From an uncultured Bacteroidaceae bacterium (GTDB lineage: Bacteria > Bacteroidota > Bacteroidia > Bacteroidales > GCA-2748055), in NCBI GenBank assembly GCA_964526475.1, contig CAZGKF010000002.1, forward strand, positions 66,562 through 130,561: a stretch of 64,000 nt of DNA, written 5' to 3'. Made by a program: the position numbers and the translations under genes. The notes under the pieces were generated by a model that worked only from the letters and a program-made list of their open reading frames with translations, made no database searches and was not told the origin of the DNA. The stretch's first letter is position 1; each line of letters starts with the position of its first letter. This document shows, piece by piece, positions 54,555-63,721 of this stretch.

Positions 54555-55093
54555 TACTGGCTGGTGGTAAAAGCACCAGAATGGGCATCGACAAATCAAA
54601 CTTGTTGTTCCGTGGAAAAAGATTGATAGAGTATCCCTATGAGCTGATGCGGGAGAAGTGTCAAAAAATAATTATAAGCACTAATACCAGCAGTTTAAAA
54701 CTGCCGGGGGTAAGCTATGTGCCCGACAACTACAAGGATATAGGTCCACTGGCCGGACTGGAAGCCGGATTAAGGCTTTCAGATACCCGGTGGAATTTTG
54801 TTTTGCCCTGCGACATGCCTTTTGTTAATAGTGAATTATTCTCAGTCATGCAGGATGAACTCGATGGTTACGATTACATAGTTCCCCAGACTGCTGATGG
54901 AAAGGTAACTCCATTGGCGGGGTTTTTCAACCGCAATATTCTTAATGTAATCGTTCAGCAAATTAAGTCCGGCGATTATAAAGCAGGAAACCTTTTAAAA
55001 AGGTTAAAGGTGAAATATTTTCACACCACGAACAATCTTGTTACAGTAAACTTCAATACCCTAAACGATTTGGAGCCCTTTCTCGATAAATAA
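54524..55093 (+). CDS. mobA: Molybdenum cofactor guanylyltransferase
   Basis: 189 aa with GIILAGGKSTRMGIDKSNL and GPLAGLEAGL...LPCDMPF signatures. Overlaps the upstream gene by 31 nt. Confidence 0.8.
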   Translation: MHRNEEITGIILAGGKSTRMGIDKSNLLFRGKRLIEYPYELMREKCQKIIISTNTSSLKLPGVSYVPDNYKDIGPLAGLEAGLRLSDTRWNFVLPCDMPFVNSELFSVMQDELDGYDYIVPQTADGKVTPLAGFFNRNILNVIVQQIKSGDYKAGNLLKRLKVKYFHTTNNLVTVNFNTLNDLEPFLDK

Positions 55094-55120
55094 TCTACAA
55101 TAAAACTACTCTTTTCCAAC

Positions 55121-57088
55121 ATGAAGTATGTAATTATAACATTCCGGTTAATTTTTCTCGCGCTTGGCGTACATTCACAAGCAACAAGCGATTCAATTAA
55201 ATATAAAATGTATTTTCTGGGTGAAGTGGTTATTAGTGAGCATATTGATAAAAACACACTATCGGCGGATGAGATCCGAAAAAACAATGCTAATGATGTA
55301 AGTTCGGCTCTGAATTTAATGCCTTCTGTGGTAATAAATAAAGTGGGCAATCGAAACGAAAGTACAGTGTATATAAGAGGATTTGATATTCGCGGCATTC
55401 CTGTTTTTATTGATGGTATTCCGGTGTATGTGCCCTACGATGGGTATGTTGATTTGGCACGTTTTACTACCTATGATATATCGGGAATTGATGTTTCAAA
55501 GGGATTCTCTTCCATGATGTATGGTGCCAATACTATCGGTGGGGCCATTAATTTAATAAGTGCGAAACCAAAAAACCGCCTGGAAATTGATACCAGATTG
55601 GGTATGATGAGCGGTAAAGGATACGACACCAAAGTAAATATCGGTAGTAATATGGGTAAAATGTATTTTCAAGCTGGTCTTTCTATCCTTGAAAGAAAAT
55701 TTTTTCCCCTTTCTGCACATTTTGACACTACACCTACTGAAACAGATAATAAACGCGACAATTCAAATCGAAAAGACATGAAAGGAAACTTTAAAATAGG
55801 CTATACTCCCAATGGCAGCGATGAATACGCGATTAATTATATTTATTCGCATGGCAGCAAAGGAAATCCGGTGTATTTGGGTCATGATGACAATATGCCT
55901 CTTCGTTACTGGGATTGGCCATATTGGGATAAGCAGAGCCTTTATTTTATCTCTAAAACAACCCTGGGAACAAACTCGTATCTTAAAACCCGTTTCTATT
56001 TTGATCAATTTAAAAACAGGCTGGATAGTTACGATGATGAAAGCTATTCATCCCAAACAAGAGGCTATGCTTTCACGAGTTTTTACGATGATCATACCCT
56101 GGGAGGTAATCTTGAGCTGGTGAGCAATTTGGATAATAAAAATACGGTGAAATTCTCTGTTCACCTTAAAAACGATAATCATAGTGAGCATAATGCAGGA
56201 GAGCCACTAAGAAGAGTTGCCGATAATACCATCTCATTAGGTATCGAGCATATTTTAAAGGCCGGTGACAAACTAAGTTTTATACCCGGTTTTGCTTACC
56301 ACCTGCGTCAAAGCTTGCAGGCAGATAATTATAATCCGGCAGATCAATCTATTTCTCAATTTCCTAAAAATACCAATGATGCTTTTAACGCGCAATTGGG
56401 AACCTACTATCGAATTTCAGATTTTATAAGAATGAATTTCAATATGGCATATAAAACCCGTTTTGCCACCATGAAAGACCGATATTCATACCGATCGGGA
56501 AGGAGTCTGGCTAATCCTGGTTTGCGATCGGAATCGGCTTTGAGTTTTGAATATGCAACAAGTTTTTCTTTGGGTGAAAAATTAGCGTTAATACCTGAAA
56601 TTTTCTTCACCCGACTTAACAATACCATTCAAATGGTGGACAATGTAAGAGGGAATCTTTCGCAAGTACAAAATACAGGCAAGGCAAACTATACCGGAGC
56701 CGACATCAGTTTGATTTATACTGCTATAAAAAAACTAAGATGGCACACCTCCTATTCTTATATCAAACGGGAGAATTTGAGTAATTCCGACATTCTGTTC
56801 ACCGATATTCCGGAACATAAAGTTCTTACTTCTTTAGAGTACCTGTCTGCAGAAATAATCAATGGAAATCTCACGTTCGAATATAATTCCGGACGCAATT
56901 CATCAAGTGATGGCTCCAGGATTTCTTCCGCTTACTTTTTAACAAATGTCAATATATTTTTTAGTTTATCAGAACACTCCAACATAGAAACCGGAGTAAA
57001 CAATATTTTAGATAAAAACTATACGATTGAAGAAGGCTATCCCGAAATGGGACGCAACTTTTATTTCGCACTGAATTTTACTTTTTAA
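55121..57088 (+). CDS. TonB-dependent outer-membrane receptor
   Basis: 655 aa with a signal peptide. The plug domain contains VYIRGFDIRGIPVFIDGIPV, and the terminal strand is GRNFYFALNFTF. Confidence 0.85.
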   Translation: MKYVIITFRLIFLALGVHSQATSDSIKYKMYFLGEVVISEHIDKNTLSADEIRKNNANDVSSALNLMPSVVINKVGNRNESTVYIRGFDIRGIPVFIDGIPVYVPYDGYVDLARFTTYDISGIDVSKGFSSMMYGANTIGGAINLISAKPKNRLEIDTRLGMMSGKGYDTKVNIGSNMGKMYFQAGLSILERKFFPLSAHFDTTPTETDNKRDNSNRKDMKGNFKIGYTPNGSDEYAINYIYSHGSKGNPVYLGHDDNMPLRYWDWPYWDKQSLYFISKTTLGTNSYLKTRFYFDQFKNRLDSYDDESYSSQTRGYAFTSFYDDHTLGGNLELVSNLDNKNTVKFSVHLKNDNHSEHNAGEPLRRVADNTISLGIEHILKAGDKLSFIPGFAYHLRQSLQADNYNPADQSISQFPKNTNDAFNAQLGTYYRISDFIRMNFNMAYKTRFATMKDRYSYRSGRSLANPGLRSESALSFEYATSFSLGEKLALIPEIFFTRLNNTIQMVDNVRGNLSQVQNTGKANYTGADISLIYTAIKKLRWHTSYSYIKRENLSNSDILFTDIPEHKVLTSLEYLSAEIINGNLTFEYNSGRNSSSDGSRISSAYFLTNVNIFFSLSEHSNIETGVNNILDKNYTIEEGYPEMGRNFYFALNFTF

Positions 57089-57198
57089 TACAAACTGTTC
57101 CCTGTCCCTGCGTTCAGAAGAAAAGATGAAAATGTAATAAAAATTATTTTTTTTTGTATTTTAAATATCGTATGTTTACGACATTAGAAATTAAGATT

Positions 57199-57582
57199 AT
57201 GAATAAATCAGAAAAATTTGACCCATCCTTACAGGAATTGTCTCGCTTTGCAAAGGCAATTGCTCATCCAGCCAGGCTGGCTATTTTGGAACATCTTGCT
57301 GAGACTAAAACCTGCATATCCGGTGATATATCCGATTTTCTTCCATTGAGCAGGACAACAGTTTCCCAACACCTTAAAGAACTCAGGGATTTGGGATTGA
57401 TCCACGGCACAATAGATGGTCTTAAAGTAAACTATTGTCTTGATCATTCTGTCATTGAAACTTATCTCTCCATGTTTGATTCTTTTTTTGAACCCATAAA
57501 ATCAGTCAACGTGGAATGCCTGAACGGCCATCATCATGTTAAAAAATCAAAGCGTGAAAAATCGATAGTAATAAACAAATAA
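57199..57582 (+). CDS. arsR: ArsR/SmtB-family metalloregulator
   Basis: FAKAIAHPARLAILEHL...CISGDISDFLPLSRTTVSQHLKELRDLGLI is the wHTH with a Cys near the alpha3 metal site. The start at 57199 is preferred, but 57172 is possible. Confidence 0.8.
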   Translation: MNKSEKFDPSLQELSRFAKAIAHPARLAILEHLAETKTCISGDISDFLPLSRTTVSQHLKELRDLGLIHGTIDGLKVNYCLDHSVIETYLSMFDSFFEPIKSVNVECLNGHHHVKKSKREKSIVINK

Positions 57583-57593
57583 AATTCATTAAA

Positions 57594-57971
57594 ATGAGAA
57601 CCTTAAAGAATCAATTGACTTTTTGTTTATTTGGCGGAATCCTGATTATTGCGAATGCATGCACTAATACACATGCGGAAAATAAACAATCCCCCGAAAA
57701 CACGCCGGTTGTTTCCGCAAATGCGGAAAGCAAAGCAGAAACCACCCCTAAAAATAATTCTGAGTTTCAAAGCGCCCTGGATAAAGCAAAGAGTGCCGGA
57801 CAAGCAGCGTTTGTAGTTGTTACAGGGAATGGAGTTGCTGAAACTGAAAAAGTAATACTGAGTGTTCAGAAACTCTCAAACGCAAGCCGCTTAAAAAAGG
57901 GAATTCTTCATTTCCATTATTCAGACAGAACAGCTGCGGCACAGGACCAGGATGTTGCGGTTAAATTATAA
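57594..57971 (+). CDS. Hypothetical lipoprotein within the ars cassette
   Basis: 125 aa with a signal peptide and lipobox IANAC. No recognisable family. Confidence 0.35.
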   Translation: MRTLKNQLTFCLFGGILIIANACTNTHAENKQSPENTPVVSANAESKAETTPKNNSEFQSALDKAKSAGQAAFVVVTGNGVAETEKVILSVQKLSNASRLKKGILHFHYSDRTAAAQDQDVAVKL

Positions 57972-57983
57972 ATTTTTATAATC

Positions 57984-58430
57984 ATGAAAATAACAGAACA
58001 AGGTATGAAAGTTTTAATCCTTTGTACGGGAAACAGTTGCCGTAGCCAGATGGCTCATGGCTTTCTGCAAAGTTTTGATAAAAATCTTATGGTTCATTCA
58101 GCGGGTACAGACGCTTCCGGTAAGTTAAACCAGAAGGCTGTTTCAGTCATGAAAGAAATCGGAATCGATATAAGTCACCACACTTCAGATTCTGTTGAAA
58201 AATACCTGGGAGAAGAATGGGACTTTGTGATTACGGTATGTGGGGGAGCAAACGAAGCTTGTCCTGCTTTTTTTGGTAAGGTAAAGCATCGCCTGCATAT
58301 TGGTTTTAACGACCCTTCGCATGTTACCGGAACGGATGATTACATTTGGAGTGAGTTCCGTCGTGTAAGGGATGAGATTAAGGAGGAATTTTACAAGCTG
58401 TATAAAGAAGAAATTGAACCTCAATTATAG
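57984..58430 (+). CDS. arsC: Arsenate reductase, LMW-PTPase (thioredoxin-coupled) type
   Basis: 148 aa with P-loop CTGNSCRS (CX5R). A downstream Cys pair VCGGANEAC is equivalent to the Cys82/Cys89 relay. Confidence 0.85.
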   Translation: MKITEQGMKVLILCTGNSCRSQMAHGFLQSFDKNLMVHSAGTDASGKLNQKAVSVMKEIGIDISHHTSDSVEKYLGEEWDFVITVCGGANEACPAFFGKVKHRLHIGFNDPSHVTGTDDYIWSEFRRVRDEIKEEFYKLYKEEIEPQL

Positions 58431-58472
58431 AATGGTATTAAAAATATTACAAAACCTATAAACCATATAATT

Positions 58473-58844
58473 ATGAAATCACTTGCAATATTGGGAACCG
58501 ACCTGTCACCAGCTTCGGATAAGCTAATAGAATGTGCACATGAGTATAGAAATCTTGGAATAAAGAAAATAACTCTTGTCCACGCATTGGGATTAAAGCA
58601 CATACAGGCATTTGAAGATATATTGAGAAAGGATACTGACGAGAAACTTGAAGTGCAAAAAAAGAAACTGGAAGAACAGGGTTTTGAGGTTGACTACAAA
58701 GTCAAGCCCCACCTGGCAAAAGATGAACTACAGAAGCTGGCAGAAGATTCCGGCGCTGCTTTGATTATTATCGGCACTCATGGCATTCCGATTCCAACGT
58801 ATTATTTGTTCCATTACCAGGAAATTAGATCTGTTTTTTCGTAA
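58473..58844 (+). CDS. Universal stress protein family, apparently C-terminally truncated
   Basis: 123 aa, Usp-like up to ALIIIGTHG. It then diverges (IPIPTYYLFHYQEIRSVFS) where Usp proteins carry the G-x2-G-x9-GS(V/T) ATP-binding end. Confidence 0.45.
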   Translation: MKSLAILGTDLSPASDKLIECAHEYRNLGIKKITLVHALGLKHIQAFEDILRKDTDEKLEVQKKKLEEQGFEVDYKVKPHLAKDELQKLAEDSGAALIIIGTHGIPIPTYYLFHYQEIRSVFS

Positions 58845-58949
58845 GTTAACCAGTTTAAGCATAAATTAAACAGCTATCGCTACAGGTGGTGATTAAAATT
58901 TATCATTTTTTGAAATAATAATTTGTAAAACCGATAAATAATAATTCAA

Positions 58950-59978
58950 ATGATTCAAAAGAAAACAATAAGCTTTTTCGATAAATACTTAACTGTCTGG
59001 GTTGCTCTCGGAATCCTTGCAGGGATTCTGATTGGTCATCTGGCAGGTGACAGCATCGAAATAATAAGCAGCATGGAGATAGCAAAGGTGAATATCCCGG
59101 TTGCCATCCTTATCTGGCTGATGATCTATCCCATGATGCTTCAGATCGATTTTACCAGTATCCGGAAGATTGGTAAAAAGCCACGGGGTGTGATCTGGAC
59201 TGTAGTTATCAATTGGCTCATTAAGCCTTTCACCATGACCTTTTTTGCCTGGATATTTTTTACTAAACTTTATTCCGCATGGATCGACCCTGCGCTGGCT
59301 GGAGAATACATTGCCGGGGCGATTCTGCTGGGAGCAGCACCCTGCACAGCCATGGTATTTGTATGGTCATATCTTTCTGATGGAGATCCAAATTACACAC
59401 TTGTACAAGTCTCGGTGAACGACCTGATTATTCTGGTGGCGTTTATCCCCATAGTTGGATTATTGCTTGGTATAACCAATGTGGTGATCCCTTATGACAC
59501 CCTGGTAGCAAGCATTCTAATTTTCGTCGTTATACCGCTTGTTGCAGGAGTTATAACCCAGCGGATTTTGTTAAAATCGAAAGGTGAAGAATGGTTTAAA
59601 AAGGAATTTCTGCCTAAACTTAAACCGGTGAGTATAGTGGCACTACTTGTTACCCTGGTATTCCTTTTCGCGTTCCAGGGACAAAACATCATCAATAATC
59701 CCCTGATTATTCTTTTAGCAGCTGTTCCTTTGGTAATACAGACCTACTTTATTTTTTTCATTGCCTGGTACGGCGGAAAAAAACTCAAACTCCCCTACCC
59801 TGTTTGTGCTCCTGCAGCCATGATCGGAGCCAGCAACTTCTTTGAACTGGCCGTGGCTGTTGCCATTGCATTATTCGGGTTACAGTCACCGGCTGCCTTA
59901 GTAACGGTAGTAGGGGTTCTGGTTGAAGTGCCTGTGATGTTGTCGCTGGTGGCTTTTGCGAACAGGAGGAGATATTAA
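58950..59978 (+). CDS. acr3: ACR3-family arsenite efflux transporter
   Basis: 342 aa, 10 TM. Blocks IQKKTISFFDKYLTVWV, MIYPMM and GAAPCTAMV (conserved Cys) are typical of Acr3. Confidence 0.9.
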   Translation: MIQKKTISFFDKYLTVWVALGILAGILIGHLAGDSIEIISSMEIAKVNIPVAILIWLMIYPMMLQIDFTSIRKIGKKPRGVIWTVVINWLIKPFTMTFFAWIFFTKLYSAWIDPALAGEYIAGAILLGAAPCTAMVFVWSYLSDGDPNYTLVQVSVNDLIILVAFIPIVGLLLGITNVVIPYDTLVASILIFVVIPLVAGVITQRILLKSKGEEWFKKEFLPKLKPVSIVALLVTLVFLFAFQGQNIINNPLIILLAAVPLVIQTYFIFFIAWYGGKKLKLPYPVCAPAAMIGASNFFELAVAVAIALFGLQSPAALVTVVGVLVEVPVMLSLVAFANRRRY

Positions 59979-60130
59979 AGGGAAATCCATGGTTCTCTTT
60001 ATATAAATACTGTATGGGAAAGGAGCGGACAGTTTAAGGATATACGACAATAGACAATATCCCAAAAAATTATTGCTCTAATCAACCCCTTCACCTAACA
60101 TATAGACGTATAGCCGGAAAGCCCATGCAG

Positions 60131-60165
60131 AAAAGCCCGTTATCATTCAGGTGTTAACGGGCTTT
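60131..60165 (+). terminator. Intrinsic terminator-like hairpin
   Basis: aaaagcccgtta-tcattcaggtg-taacgggctttt forms a 12-bp stem including A/T arms. Confidence 0.45.
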
Positions 60166-60199
60166 TCGGTCTATACAATATGACTGGGCATACAAAGGG

Positions 60200-60325
60200 T
60201 TATTGTCTCTCGATTTGGCAGCACCAGCAGCCATAATAGGCCCATGTAACTTTTTCGAACTTTCAGTGGCAGTTGTTATTGTTCTGTTTGGCTTAAATTC
60301 GGGGAATACGCTGGCCACTTTTTAA
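60200..60325 (+). pseudogene. 3' remnant of a second, divergent acr3 gene
   Basis: Manual translation of 60215-60325 gives LAAPAAIIGPCNFFELSVAVVIVLFGLNSGNTLATF*. It aligns with the C-terminus of the intact Acr3 (CAPAAMIGASNFFELAVAVAIALFGLQSPAALVT), with 22 of 34 residues identical by hand alignment. No upstream remainder of the gene is present. Confidence 0.6.
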
Positions 60326-60417
60326 TTTTCAATTCCTCCTGTTTCGCTAAATATTAAGGTTATTTTTACGAAATGGTAACCTTTCATTAACATGAACTTA
60401 ATTTTTAATATATCTGT

Positions 60418-61152
60418 ATGACGTATTTTTACGTCAAAAGTATAGATATGAAATATTCAAACTTCTTAAATAAACAGTGGAAGAAAGAATCGATATATGA
60501 ATTTTCAGCAAGCTTCTTTTTTGTGCTCTTGTATTTCCTCTCCATTGAACATGCTATTGATCTGTTTTCGTCATCCTTAACAGTTTTCGGATCGGTTATT
60601 TATACAATACTCTATTTTTTGATTGTTACAATACTTTCTAAAATGGCATCAGTACACATTCTGCCTGTTGTCTCGTTTATTGAATATCTCAATACGGGTA
60701 GCTTGTACTATTTCTTTTGCAAGGTGGCCAACCAGTTTATGGGTGCATTGTTGGCTATAATACTTCATATTTGGGTTTTAAGGTATGGTTCTGATTCTGA
60801 TCTCAGCAATTACGCCACACCATTAAATCCATTCTTTATTGGATTATTTACCGGTTTCCTATCACAAATCATATATTTATTGCATCTTATTCTTTGGCGA
60901 TTGCAAATATACCGGATTAGCCGATACTTTCTATTTTCAGTTGGGTTGGGATTCGTGTTTGCAATAATCTCTGTTATTGGAAGTATTACCCTGCTAAACC
61001 CATTCGGTTTACTATTGCACTACCTGATAAGCGGAAATCCAATTACGATTAAACTCATATTTACGGGTAGCATGGTGCATATTTTAATACCCATGATATT
61101 TGTAAGTGGCACACATTATTTTCTAAAAGGTTTTGTTATTAAAGGTTTGTAA
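60418..61152 (+). CDS. Six-TM membrane protein, possibly a divergent MIP/aquaporin-family channel
   Basis: 244 aa. SVHILPVVSF sits where MIPs have GAHxNPAVTF. A second-half LLNPFG sits where MIPs have the second NPA. Size and TM count fit. Tentative. Confidence 0.3.
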   Translation: MTYFYVKSIDMKYSNFLNKQWKKESIYEFSASFFFVLLYFLSIEHAIDLFSSSLTVFGSVIYTILYFLIVTILSKMASVHILPVVSFIEYLNTGSLYYFFCKVANQFMGALLAIILHIWVLRYGSDSDLSNYATPLNPFFIGLFTGFLSQIIYLLHLILWRLQIYRISRYFLFSVGLGFVFAIISVIGSITLLNPFGLLLHYLISGNPITIKLIFTGSMVHILIPMIFVSGTHYFLKGFVIKGL

Positions 61153-61175
61153 TAGCCCTACAATAAAAATGCACA

Positions 61176-62303
61176 ATGGATAAATTAAGAAATGTAACCC
61201 GTCAACCCAGGCCTTTAGACGTTTTTGATGCTTTTGCAAACGAGAAAAAGTTCCTGATTCTTATTTTAGCAGGATTTATTTTACCTGCAGTTTTTATTAA
61301 AAGTAACTCATTTTTAATGTGGACGGGGTTTTTGTTTGCCTCTTATGCCGCAGTTTCCAATGATAGCATTCAATCATTGGGGACATTTATTGAAAGCAAT
61401 AAGAAAAAGAAATGGTGGGTACTCTGGCTATTTGTAGGCACTATATTTCTGTTAACAGTTGCCTTTAGCTGGTTTTATTTCGATGGAGATGTAACCTATC
61501 AGCGCTTGTTGGATTCGAATGGAGTATCGAAATATCCACACCCGGAAAAATTCAATTATTTTCAGGTTATAGCGCCACTTGTACTTCTAATATTAACAAG
61601 GCTTCGGATGCCTGTCTCAACAACATTCCTGTTACTGAGTGTGTTTAGTGCCACATCCTCCGGCATCAGTTCAATGGTTTTAAAAAGCTTATCAGGTTAT
61701 GCTCTGGCTTTTATTCTATCATTTTTGATTTGGTACCTGAGTTATAATTTTATTAAGAAATATTTTAAGAAACGAAAAACACACATTGCATGGACTCTGG
61801 TTCAATGGACTGTCAGCGGTTCACTTTGGGCAACATGGGTCATGCAGGACGGAGCGAATATCGCGGTATATCTACCAAGGCAACAGACCCCTTTACAATT
61901 CGTCATTTTTTCAGCAACCATATTTTTGGGATTAGGTTTGATTTTCTATTTACGAGGAGATAAAATTCAACGGATTGTCAGCGAAAAAATCAGAATTTCT
62001 GATGTCCGGGCCGCAACATTAGTCGATTTCACCTATGTGTTATTGCTTATTTATAAACTATTTATCAGTACCGTTCCAATGAGCACTACCTGGGTATTTC
62101 TGGGGGTTATTGGCGGAAGGGAAATAGCTGTATCTCTTTCAAGAAGTAAAAAGGGGAAAAAGCATAAAGTAAAAGCCGGCAGAATGATTATCAGGGATGT
62201 GGCTTATGCACTTTTCGGCCTCCTTATTTCAGTTGCATTGGCATCGGGAGCTAATAACTCCATCCGGGGTGAAATTGTAAACTTTATAAAAAGTCTGTTT
62301 TAA
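61176..62303 (+). CDS. Polytopic membrane protein with PiT/PHO4-like repeat motifs
   Basis: 375 aa. AVSNDSIQSLGTF resembles GANDVANxFGT. MPVSTTF and VPMSTTWVFLGVIGG resemble the PiT P(V/I)STTHxxxGAxxG repeats. Divergent. Confidence 0.35.
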   Translation: MDKLRNVTRQPRPLDVFDAFANEKKFLILILAGFILPAVFIKSNSFLMWTGFLFASYAAVSNDSIQSLGTFIESNKKKKWWVLWLFVGTIFLLTVAFSWFYFDGDVTYQRLLDSNGVSKYPHPEKFNYFQVIAPLVLLILTRLRMPVSTTFLLLSVFSATSSGISSMVLKSLSGYALAFILSFLIWYLSYNFIKKYFKKRKTHIAWTLVQWTVSGSLWATWVMQDGANIAVYLPRQQTPLQFVIFSATIFLGLGLIFYLRGDKIQRIVSEKIRISDVRAATLVDFTYVLLLIYKLFISTVPMSTTWVFLGVIGGREIAVSLSRSKKGKKHKVKAGRMIIRDVAYALFGLLISVALASGANNSIRGEIVNFIKSLF

Positions 62304-62742
62304 TATCTCTTTTCGACTAAAGACTAATTCCAATGTAAAATGATGAATTACAAAATCAACTCTCTACATAATCAAATAATCTAAATCCCCGCTCTCTAAT
62401 TTATAAAATAAACCTGGCCATCTGCTGCACGGGCAGCAAAGGTTAGAAAACAAAGGTATAAATTGAGGTGCCCTCTCCATAATCTTCCTGCAAACGACTT
62501 GGGCTTAGGGCTTATGTCGGTTATCCTTTACCAGGAAGTGTGATTGTTTTATGTCCAAACTTGTTATAAGTATGGTACCTGAGGATTTTTGGGATTGGAT
62601 GGAGATTAATTAATAGTCGTTAGAATTTCGGGAAAAAATTTAACGATTACTTCAAATCATCTTTTAGGTAAAGGTTTGTAACCGCATTATATTTGCCAAA
62701 TATGTTTTACGAAAATTTCGATTAACCAATAATCTTACAATT

Positions 62743-63129
62743 ATGTTAATCACTTTTCTATCAATCGCCTTTTTACTAATTATCCTTTTTGTGATCCTGT
62801 TTCAATTGGCCTTAGTATTTGGTGCCCCATGGGGTGAATATACTATGGGAGGGAGGTTTAGCGGTAAATTACCCTTAAAAATAAGGATTGCCGTGTTGTT
62901 CCAACTCTTTGTACTTATTCTTTTTTCATTTATCGTTCTGGCCAAAACACAGCTGGCATTTGAGCAGTATCAAGATTTTGGCAGGATTGGTATGTGGTTT
63001 ATTGTTGGTTTTTTTATACTGGGTACCATCCTCAATTTAGCCACCCCAAGCAAAAAGGAGAGGAACCTGTGGGGACCAGTTAATTTAATAGCATTGGCAA
63101 TTAGCTTAATTCTAGCACTCGGAAGTTAA
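62743..63129 (+). CDS. Small hypothetical membrane protein (4 TM)
   Basis: 128 aa and hydrophobic, with no recognisable family. Confidence 0.35.
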   Translation: MLITFLSIAFLLIILFVILFQLALVFGAPWGEYTMGGRFSGKLPLKIRIAVLFQLFVLILFSFIVLAKTQLAFEQYQDFGRIGMWFIVGFFILGTILNLATPSKKERNLWGPVNLIALAISLILALGS

Positions 63130-63267
63130 GGTTTGAAGTAACTATAAAAACAAATGGTATTTAGTTTTTTTTAAAATAATGTATATATTTATATACATTA
63201 TGTAAATTATATATATCTTTGTGTCGTTATTTGTTTACATATAGTATGAATTAATCGACAAAAGGAA

Positions 63268-63720
63268 GTGACTATGGGACATCAAGAAAAGCAATCAATT
63301 GTATCCATCATCGGCTCGGTGCTGATAATTGGATTTTACTCAATGTACGTTTACAAAAACTACGTTGCCGGGGATTTGGAAATTCTTAACAACTTCCAGT
63401 TCTGGGGGAAATCGTTTCTCTACCTTATTCCTATTGGAATTGTAGTGCAAATTGTAATTCACATCGTGTTTGCCATTGCAAACCGGATTATTACTCAGGA
63501 AGATATGCCCGACATAACCGATGAGCGGGATAAACTTATTGAGCTAAAGTCCATCCGTATTTCGCACTGGATTTTCATCTTCGGTTTTATGCTTGCAATG
63601 GGCTCGTTGGCTATGGGGATGAAGCCATACGTAATGTTTCTCACACTCATTTCATCAGGATTTTTGGCCAGCTTAGCCTCAGAGGTTGCCAAGATTATCT
63701 ACTACCGAAAGGGGGTGTAG
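63268..63720 (+). CDS. Small membrane protein partnered with an XRE regulator
   Basis: 150 aa, about 4 TM. Its stop lies 1 nt before the start of the downstream HTH gene. Confidence 0.4.
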   Translation: MTMGHQEKQSIVSIIGSVLIIGFYSMYVYKNYVAGDLEILNNFQFWGKSFLYLIPIGIVVQIVIHIVFAIANRIITQEDMPDITDERDKLIELKSIRISHWIFIFGFMLAMGSLAMGMKPYVMFLTLISSGFLASLASEVAKIIYYRKGV

Positions 63721-63721
63721 T

